This document shows, piece after piece, positions 58,556-64,000 of a stretch of DNA of 64,000 bases. The notes under the pieces were generated by a model. The model was given only the letters and a program-made list of their open reading frames with translations, did no database searches and was not told where the DNA came from. The stretch is from a virus: positions 85,249-149,248 of the IMG/VR virus record IMGVR_UViG_3300042691_026427; one strand, 5' to 3'. Within the stretch, counting starts at the first letter, position 1. Every line of letters begins with the position of its first letter. Both the position numbers and the translations under genes were made by a program.

Positions 58556-58643
58556 CTTCCGAGCAGGCTGTAGTATTTTCGTATGCAGAAAAACCGTTCG
58601 CGCAGCCTCGCCGTCCACCCCCACTATGTTCGAACATGCGTGT

Positions 58644-58672
58644 ATTATAACATGGTTTTACCAAATTGTCAA
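58644..58672 (-). promoter_or_regulatory. sigma70 promoter firing leftward into the DnaA boxes
   Basis: TTGACA-atttggtaaaaccatgt-TATAAT (17-bp spacer, extended -10). Confidence 0.85.
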
Positions 58673-58711
58673 CCGGTAACCCTATAACCCTGCGGGCTTC
58701 TGGGTCTTTGG

Positions 58712-58740
58712 TTGCATGGGAGACGTTTTGCTGTTATAAT
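58712..58740 (+). promoter_or_regulatory. Early sigma70 promoter
   Basis: TTGCAT-N17-TATAAT with TGn extension; AAGGAG SD downstream. Confidence 0.75.
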
Positions 58741-58768
58741 ACACACATACACTAAAAAGGAGCTCAAA

Positions 58769-59017
58769 ATGTTTAATACACTTGCAAAAGCAAAATTAGT
58801 TCATAATAAACAAAAAGAATTGTATAAACTAGTTGTCGCATTTAATGTACATACTAAACAAAAAGATAATGGAGATATTGTACACATATTCCCTACGCAA
58901 AAAAAATGTGCTTATGTTAGCGGAGATATTAATTATGAGGAACTGCAAAAAGAAGTATCTCGTTTAACAGAAACTGCTAAAAAGCAATTGCGTACAGATA
59001 ATATTGAATTTGTTTAA
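58769..59017 (+). CDS. Early hypothetical protein (82 aa)
   Basis: AAGGAG SD then ATG 58769. Confidence 0.75.
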   Translation: MFNTLAKAKLVHNKQKELYKLVVAFNVHTKQKDNGDIVHIFPTQKKCAYVSGDINYEELQKEVSRLTETAKKQLRTDNIEFV

Positions 59018-59032
59018 TTAAAAGGAGCTATT

Positions 59033-59173
59033 ATGCAAGATAATGTTAAAGAGAAACTCACTAGTTTAATGTTGCAAATGCAAGACATTATTATGGAGGA
59101 TTACGAGGATAATGTCGACATACAGGATGCATTTAATGCATTAGCAAGTGCATTTGATTATTATATAGATTAA
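59033..59173 (+). CDS. Small acidic early protein (46 aa)
   Basis: AAGGAG SD; MQDNVKEKLTSLMLQMQDIIMEDYEDNVDIQDAFNALASAFDYYID; below the ORF-track cutoff. Confidence 0.7.
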   Translation: MQDNVKEKLTSLMLQMQDIIMEDYEDNVDIQDAFNALASAFDYYID

Positions 59174-59214
59174 TATTATATAATCAAAGGCCCTATGCAC
59201 TGTAGGGTCTTTGG

Positions 59215-59243
59215 TTGACGGATTGGTAAAACCTTGTTATAAT
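59215..59243 (+). promoter_or_regulatory. Early sigma70 promoter with TGGTAAAACC in the spacer
   Basis: TTGACG-N17-TATAAT. Confidence 0.85.
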
Positions 59244-59249
59244 ATACAC

Positions 59250-59588
59250 ATGACACAGACACTAGCACCCCGTAAGAAGCGAGCAGACCGCAACCACATC
59301 ATATACGAGCTGGTTGTCAACGGTCTCAACTACATTGGCGTCACTGCCAAGACAGAGTCTACAGTGAACAAGAGCGTGCTGTCGCGTGCGGCCAAGCACT
59401 TCTACCGTGCTAAGACTGAAGACAAGAACTGGTTGCTCTGTGCTGAACTTCGTAAGTTGAACAGCAAGGATGAGATCCTTGTATATGTACACGAAGTGAT
59501 CCGCGGCAAGGCGGCTGCTCACAAGCGTGAAGTTGAGATCCGTCGTATGGTCAAGCCTGTATTGAACACTGACACAAGAGGAGATTGA
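59250..59588 (+). CDS. GIY-YIG-like nuclease domain protein (probably leaderless)
   Basis: 'IIYELVVNGLNYIGVT...R...H...A...E...I....P.LN'; ATG 6 nt after the -10. Confidence 0.7.
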   Translation: MTQTLAPRKKRADRNHIIYELVVNGLNYIGVTAKTESTVNKSVLSRAAKHFYRAKTEDKNWLLCAELRKLNSKDEILVYVHEVIRGKAAAHKREVEIRRMVKPVLNTDTRGD

Positions 59589-59589
59589 G

Positions 59590-59787
59590 ATGTATCGTTA
59601 TATATGTAAGATGTTCTACGGTGACAAACTCTATACGGGCCACTATTGGGGCGATGACTACAGTTTGGCCCGTGCTCGCAGGGAAGTTGTAAAAATGCAA
59701 CGGATGCATCCTGTCATGCGATTTGAGTTGACAGATGGTAAAACCGGTGTTACAATAGATACATACACTAACAAGGAGCTGGCATGA
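59590..59787 (+). CDS. Early hypothetical protein
   Basis: GAGGAG SD. Confidence 0.6.
   Translation: MYRYICKMFYGDKLYTGHYWGDDYSLARARREVVKMQRMHPVMRFELTDGKTGVTIDTYTNKELA
59728..59756 (+). promoter_or_regulatory. Early sigma70 promoter embedded in the upstream ORF
   Basis: TTGACA-gatggtaaaaccggtgt-TACAAT, followed by ACATACAC..AAGGAG. Confidence 0.75.
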
Positions 59788-60059
59788 GTTATACACTATA
59801 CATCTACAAAGCAGACAAGCGGTGCAAGACAGGGGAGCGCCTGTTCTCTACAACTGTTTGGCCCGTAAAGGACGACAATGCCATGCGTCGCACTGTGGCA
59901 GAACTGTTTCCCTTGTATCGTCCAGAAGACGGCTTCCGCTTTGATTGGACACCCAGCATGAAGACTGTTCGTAACCTGATGTCGGGTGTTGAGATCGAAA
60001 TCCCGCATGATACTCCTCGTTCATGCGATCCCTCTAGCGAACTCTATTGGAGTATGTAA
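59784..60059 (+). CDS. Early hypothetical protein
   Basis: AAGGAG SD; 'NLMSG...I..DTP.SCDPSSE.YWSM' C-terminus. Confidence 0.8.
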   Translation: MSYTLYIYKADKRCKTGERLFSTTVWPVKDDNAMRRTVAELFPLYRPEDGFRFDWTPSMKTVRNLMSGVEIEIPHDTPRSCDPSSELYWSM

Positions 60060-60226
60060 TGGTTTGTCCTCACTGTACTAGTTCTACGCCTGTGTTCAGC
60101 ACCAAATGTCCTCACTGTACTGGTGAGTTCGGGCTGTTGGAACTGTGGTTCCTCAACTCGATCTACGCTATTACACTGGTGATCGGAGTTGGCGTCATGC
60201 TGTGGTTGTTTTCGCTGATGCTGTGA
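60059..60226 (+). CDS. Small zinc-ribbon membrane protein (55 aa)
   Basis: TAATG coupling; MVCPHCTSSTPVFSTKCPHCTGEF plus a hydrophobic C-terminal helix. Confidence 0.7.
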   Translation: MVCPHCTSSTPVFSTKCPHCTGEFGLLELWFLNSIYAITLVIGVGVMLWLFSLML

Positions 60227-60240
60227 TAAAGCCCTTTCGG

Positions 60241-60270
60241 TTGACAGGGTTACCGGTTTTACCATATAAT
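60241..60270 (+). promoter_or_regulatory. Early sigma70 promoter
   Basis: TTGACA-N18-TATAAT; spacer holds GGTTTTACCA (motif reversed). Confidence 0.8.
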
Positions 60271-60296
60271 ATACACTTACACACAAAGGAGCTGAT

Positions 60297-60587
60297 ATGT
60301 CTATTCAAACTGTTAACGCAGAGATCCTCGCAGGCAACTTCACTAACGAGCAACTGGGCTCTATCATCGACGCTGTGAAATTTGCCAGGTCACGTTTGGG
60401 TCAGATGAACAAGCGGGCACTGAGCATCGGCAGTAACGTCAACTTCACCAGCACCAAAACGGGCGTGAACTACACGGGCGTGGTCACAAAGATTGCGATC
60501 AAGTACATCACAGTCAAGACCGTCGGCGGCCTGTGGAAAGTGCCTGCTTCAATGCTCACTGTGATCGAAGATCACGAGTTTGCTTAA
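60297..60587 (+). CDS. Early hypothetical protein (SH3-like C-terminal half)
   Basis: AAGGAG SD; 'G..V.F......YTG.V.KI....I.V......WKVPASML'. Confidence 0.75.
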   Translation: MSIQTVNAEILAGNFTNEQLGSIIDAVKFARSRLGQMNKRALSIGSNVNFTSTKTGVNYTGVVTKIAIKYITVKTVGGLWKVPASMLTVIEDHEFA

Positions 60588-60598
60588 TAACCCTACGG

Positions 60599-60627
60599 TT
60601 GACAGGGACTTAGTTCCCTGTTATAAT
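60599..60627 (+). promoter_or_regulatory. Early sigma70 promoter
   Basis: TTGACA-N17-TATAAT; ACAGGGA...TCCCTGT inverted repeat spans the spacer. Confidence 0.85.
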
Positions 60628-60653
60628 ACATACATCGCAATAAGGAGCAGACA

Positions 60654-61016
60654 ATGACTGTAGTGTATAGAGCAGGTGATCAGACGTTTAAGGCCGTAGA
60701 GTTCCTGTTTGGCAAGCGTGAGCTGGTCAACGCAATTGTAGAGCAGGCCTTGATCAGCCAGACAGAAGCGTTCATTGAGATGATCATGGACGGGCAAGCA
60801 GACATGTCGCGCAATGGGATCAACGAAACACTGCGGGGCGTTAAGGACAGCGCCACTGACTTCATTGGCGACATGATGGGCGATCTCGAAAGCATGATTC
60901 GCGAGCGCATGAAGGCAGTGAACTACGGCGCGGCAGTTACTGGGATCAAGTACGATCTCGCTGGCGACGTTATAGACATCGAAGTTGATGTAAGCGTGGG
61001 CGTAGAAGTTCAATAA
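60654..61016 (+). CDS. Early hypothetical protein
   Basis: TAAGGAG SD. Confidence 0.75.
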   Translation: MTVVYRAGDQTFKAVEFLFGKRELVNAIVEQALISQTEAFIEMIMDGQADMSRNGINETLRGVKDSATDFIGDMMGDLESMIRERMKAVNYGAAVTGIKYDLAGDVIDIEVDVSVGVEVQ

Positions 61017-61024
61017 CCCTTCGG

Positions 61025-61053
61025 TTGACAGGGCTATTGTTTCCTGTTATAAT
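61025..61053 (+). promoter_or_regulatory. Early sigma70 promoter
   Basis: TTGACA-N17-TATAAT. Confidence 0.85.
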
Positions 61054-61081
61054 ACATGCATAGACAACAAAGGAGCTAGCA

Positions 61082-61315
61082 ATGCGCAAATACACTACAA
61101 AGCTGTTGGAAATGATGGACGAGGGTTTGCTCTCTGCAGAAGCTGTGGCAGAGATGTGTCTTGCTTACATGAGCGAAGACGACGTCAAAGACATGTGCCG
61201 TGCTAACGACATCCTGGACGAAGAGGACGAGGACTACATTGTAGAAGAAGAGGACGAAGAGTGGACTCCGGACAATGCAGACTTCAATGATCCCGGCTCA
61301 CGTCACCACTATTAA
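61082..61315 (+). CDS. Acidic early hypothetical protein
   Basis: AAGGAG SD; Asp/Glu-rich tail. Confidence 0.75.
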   Translation: MRKYTTKLLEMMDEGLLSAEAVAEMCLAYMSEDDVKDMCRANDILDEEDEDYIVEEEDEEWTPDNADFNDPGSRHHY

Positions 61316-61322
61316 TTAAGGA

Positions 61323-61706
61323 ATGAACATGCGATACTATGACGAACTGGCAACTTACGAGCGCGATGGCTTTACTGTGATCGTAGACAAGAGCTGGGAA
61401 GATCTCAGCGTCCGTGACTGTTTCGACGAAGAGTGCCACGACATTGATCAGATCTGCCGAGACATTGATTCGGGCAACTTGGATTGGTTCATGCTGCGTG
61501 TACGTGTAATGGTTGACAGTCTTGAGGTGGGCTCGCACTACCTGGGAGGGTGCCTGTACAAGGACGCTCGTGAAGTACTTACAGACGGTACCGCAGAGGA
61601 CTGCATTGGTGAAGCACTGCATGAAGCCAAACGTGAAGTCTACAAATATAAACAGAAGTTCGCTGAACTGAGCGACATGGTGGATCGTGAAGGCATTGAT
61701 GCGTAA
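61323..61706 (+). CDS. Early hypothetical protein
   Basis: TAAGGA SD; 'YLGGCLY' motif. Confidence 0.75.
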   Translation: MNMRYYDELATYERDGFTVIVDKSWEDLSVRDCFDEECHDIDQICRDIDSGNLDWFMLRVRVMVDSLEVGSHYLGGCLYKDAREVLTDGTAEDCIGEALHEAKREVYKYKQKFAELSDMVDREGIDA

Positions 61707-61926
61707 TATTAATGAAGTACTACAGTGGGCAGGTACAGTGTGCATTTTGACAATGTACGTGCTCATGAACTTCTTTCGGGAGTTGGGTCTAGATCCGTTG
61801 TTTGGACTCCTGGGCGGGTTGTGCTATGCCACCTGGGCATATCGTGTGGCAAATAAGCCACAATTGCTAGTTAACGTTGTGGCAATATCCGTATGTGTTG
61901 TAGGGTTATTCAAAGCACTTGGTTGA
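61699..61926 (+). CDS. Small membrane protein (about 3 TM)
   Basis: Hydrophobic segments; overlaps the upstream stop. Confidence 0.65.
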   Translation: MRNINEVLQWAGTVCILTMYVLMNFFRELGLDPLFGLLGGLCYATWAYRVANKPQLLVNVVAISVCVVGLFKALG

Positions 61927-61951
61927 CAAAGTGGTAAAACCTTGCTATAAT
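61923..61951 (+). promoter_or_regulatory. sigma70 promoter driving the ncRNA
   Basis: TTGACA-aagtggtaaaaccttgc-TATAAT. Confidence 0.85.
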
Positions 61952-61957
61952 TAGCAC

Positions 61958-62179
61958 ATGGACAGTTAGAAAAGAGTTAAAGGTTACCTAGACCACTAGG
62001 CGACTGGGATGATGACAGTACCGACGGGAGCTGGTCAAGTCCAGGAGCATGAAGCAGGAGCAATCCGGAGTTGCGGTGGACAATCTAGGAGTAATGACCG
62101 TGCAGGCCCTTGACGGAGACGTTCCCCTGGGTAGAGACAGATGCACAATGGTTCCTTTAATTCTTTTCTAACTGTCCAT
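61958..62179 (+). ncRNA. Candidate 222-nt structured ncRNA with a 26-bp closing stem and GGA(G) repeats
   Basis: 61958-61983 pairs with 62154-62179 (25 Watson-Crick + 1 G-U); starts at the predicted +1; no ORF (ATG GAC AGT TAG). Confidence 0.75.
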
Positions 62180-62185
62180 AAGGGG

Positions 62186-62214
62186 TTGACAGGTTGGTAA
62201 AACCGTGTTATAAT
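62186..62214 (+). promoter_or_regulatory. Early sigma70 promoter
   Basis: TTGACA-ggttggtaaaaccgtgt-TATAAT. Confidence 0.85.
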
Positions 62215-62245
62215 ACATACTTACACACAGCAACTAGGAGCAAAG

Positions 62246-62512
62246 ATGAAAGCACTACAAGAGTTCATTGCACAGAAGAATCACTGGAACTCATTCTTCA
62301 AAGGCGAGCAATACGAGATCAAGACTGCCAAAGGTCGTCAGCGTGTCGCAGATATGATTGACAGCGCACTGAGTCCCGAGAACTTGACCTGTGATGGAGA
62401 ACTTCCCCGCACAGAGGTCAATCGGAGATACAAAGAGCTGATGACTGCGGCCAAGCAACTGAAGAAGATGGACCCTGCTGTTAAGTTCTACGAATACGAA
62501 ACGGAGATCTAA
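62246..62512 (+). CDS. Early hypothetical protein
   Basis: AGGAG SD; 'LSPENLTCDGEL' motif. Confidence 0.8.
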   Translation: MKALQEFIAQKNHWNSFFKGEQYEIKTAKGRQRVADMIDSALSPENLTCDGELPRTEVNRRYKELMTAAKQLKKMDPAVKFYEYETEI

Positions 62513-62513
62513 T

Positions 62514-62726
62514 ATGCAAGCACAAGTCACAACCATCCTCCGACAGACTATCGAAGTGCCGGAAGGCACCGATCGACAGAGCGTGCTAGAGTTCCTAGCA
62601 GAGAATCAAAGCTTCAGTGAAGCGTTCATTGGGGTTAGCGACATGACACAACGGTTCCGCATTGTTGATATCAGTGTGGTGGAAGAAGAGATTACTGAAC
62701 TTGGTGAGGAGAGCTACGATGCCTAA
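62514..62726 (+). CDS. Early hypothetical protein
   Basis: GGAG SD; coupled to its neighbours. Confidence 0.7.
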   Translation: MQAQVTTILRQTIEVPEGTDRQSVLEFLAENQSFSEAFIGVSDMTQRFRIVDISVVEEEITELGEESYDA

Positions 62727-63270
62727 TTGGTGTAACAATACGCTGGAGCTCCAGCACGAAGACCCTGCAATGATCGAGCGTGCCAAGGCCGCTATGATGC
62801 GAGGCGAGTTCCTACAGGAGTTCATTCCTGTGCCCAAAGAGCTCAGCGAGGCAACTGCTAACTTCACAACCAACGAAACATTGGTGGAGAAGTATGGATA
62901 CAGTTCTTGGTACGACTTCTGTGTAGCCAATTGGGGTACCAAGTGGGATGTGGGCGGTGATGACTACGGTACTCCTACCATTACCGAAGACGGCAAGATG
63001 ATCGCAGGCTTCGACAGTGCCTGGGCTCCTCCTACTACTGCAATGGAGCGGTTGGTAGAGATGGGGTTCACTGTCAAGCTCTACTACTACGAGCCTGGTA
63101 TGTGCTTTGCTGGCATTTGGGAAGACGGTATCGATTCCTACTACGAGTACGGTGATATGTCGGCAGCTGAAGTCGCAGAGTGTTTCCCTAAGGAGCTGGA
63201 CGAGATGTTCTGCATTAGCGAAAGCATGGCAGAGTGGGAAGCAGAGAACGCCGAAGAAGATCAAGAATAA
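62719..63270 (+). CDS. DUF1281/YubB(Api92)-like ferredoxin-fold protein
   Basis: 'MPNWCNN.L...WYDFCVANWGTKWDV...FDSAWAPP...YYEPGMCFAG'; start reassigned to ATG 62719. Confidence 0.8.
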   Translation: MPNWCNNTLELQHEDPAMIERAKAAMMRGEFLQEFIPVPKELSEATANFTTNETLVEKYGYSSWYDFCVANWGTKWDVGGDDYGTPTITEDGKMIAGFDSAWAPPTTAMERLVEMGFTVKLYYYEPGMCFAGIWEDGIDSYYEYGDMSAAEVAECFPKELDEMFCISESMAEWEAENAEEDQE

Positions 63271-63294
63271 CCCTAAGCCCGCAAGGGCTTTTGG

Positions 63295-63323
63295 TTGACG
63301 CTGTGCGCTTTTTATTGTATAAT
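63295..63323 (+). promoter_or_regulatory. Early sigma70 promoter preceded by a hairpin
   Basis: AAGCCC-gcaa-GGGCTT hairpin, then TTGACG-N17-TATAAT. Confidence 0.8.
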
Positions 63324-63349
63324 ACACATACACTAACAAGGAGCACTAA

Positions 63350-63535
63350 ATGACAATTTACATTTTGCAAGCACAAGGGCTTGGGGACTTAGAGGACGCT
63401 TTTTACAACATAGGCGTTTACAGTACACACGACAAAGCACTGAACGCAGAGGAAAACTTTGTACGCGACTATTACAGCGAAGAGGGTTTTGCTGTAGCAA
63501 CTAACATAGAGATGATAGAGTTGGACATGGAATAA
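63350..63535 (+). CDS. Early hypothetical protein
   Basis: AAGGAG SD; 'IGVYST..KA'. Confidence 0.7.
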   Translation: MTIYILQAQGLGDLEDAFYNIGVYSTHDKALNAEENFVRDYYSEEGFAVATNIEMIELDME

Positions 63536-63559
63536 CACTACAGCGTATAGGGTTACTAG

Positions 63560-63588
63560 TTGACACTATGCGCTTTTTATGCTATAAT
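63560..63588 (+). promoter_or_regulatory. Early sigma70 promoter
   Basis: TTGACA-N17-TATAAT. Confidence 0.85.
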
Positions 63589-63612
63589 ACATTTTTAAAC
63601 GGAGCACACACT

Positions 63613-64000
63613 ATGCAAGCACTTAACGCACAAACTGTACAGCAGTTTATTGAAAATACAGAAGACGGCTTTAATTTTGAGATAGTTGTTAATAAAACAT
63701 TTACTACAGCAGGCGACGGCTTGTGGAGTAGTATTAGCAAAGCAGTATTTGTTGAAAGTATTAGTATGTTTATTAGTACAGAAAATAATGAAGGCGATTT
63801 TTACGACGGCGATTTAGCTATTAACTATACAAACGCTACATGGGATAATGATGTAGACGGATTAATTTATACTGACAGAGCATTTATTGCACAAGTAAAA
63901 GCATTTTTAATTAATGCGGGCTTTGATAATGAAGCTGTTAATGCTATTAATTATAGCGAACAAGGTATGCAAGACGACGAGCGTGTTAGTTGCGACGCTT
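63613..64000 (+). CDS. Early hypothetical protein, partial
   Basis: GGAG SD; open to the window end; 'GDGLWS...GLIYTD...YSEQGMQ' motifs. Confidence 0.75.
   Translation, partial: MQALNAQTVQQFIENTEDGFNFEIVVNKTFTTAGDGLWSSISKAVFVESISMFISTENNEGDFYDGDLAINYTNATWDNDVDGLIYTDRAFIAQVKAFLINAGFDNEAVNAINYSEQGMQDDERVSCDA

Noticed and set aside
61958-62179. Retron msr-msd or 6S RNA identity for the ncRNA
   Set aside because: No reverse transcriptase nearby, and the interior looks multibranched instead of a single rod with a central bubble; cannot be assigned without a covariance search
62246-62275. MKALQEFIAQ resembling the T4 internal-protein capsid-targeting sequence
   Set aside because: Lacks the terminal Glu cleavage residue; a single short match may be chance

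Overview
This window looks like part of a large lytic dsDNA phage genome (T4-like or jumbo myovirus style). The host is probably a Beta/Gammaproteobacterium, judging from the IF-1, IscU/IscA/ErpA, tRNA-Ile2 and sigma70 signals. Layout: (i) 1-19.2 kb and 43.5-56.4 kb carry minus-strand virion, tail-fibre and adhesin genes, many preceded by a TAAATA late-promoter motif. (ii) 19.3-22.7 kb carries HNH, infA, DNA ligase and an iscU-iscA-erpA Fe-S assembly trio. (iii) 23.4-39.9 kb is a tightly coupled operon of about 18 genes. It has EIGHT radical-SAM enzymes (one cobalamin-dependent), a JmjC/cupin and a 2OG-Fe(II) oxygenase, a geranyl-diphosphate-2-C-methyltransferase-like enzyme, a possible ABBA-type prenyltransferase, and a 220-aa candidate substrate ending in CHSSCHNNCHGSRGRR. 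This is the best candidate for an undescribed system: RiPP-like hypermodification of a probably virion-associated phage protein. (iv) 57.0-58.7 kb is the strand-switch region, with iteron-like palindromic repeats, two tRNAs, a structured ncRNA candidate and two oppositely oriented arrays of DnaA boxes at exact 11-bp spacing. (v) 58.7-64 kb holds plus-strand early genes in repeated sigma70 promoter cassettes. Many share a TGGTAAAACC operator-like motif, and one drives a 222-nt GGA-rich ncRNA closed by a 26-bp stem. All family assignments come from motif recognition by eye; no searches were run.
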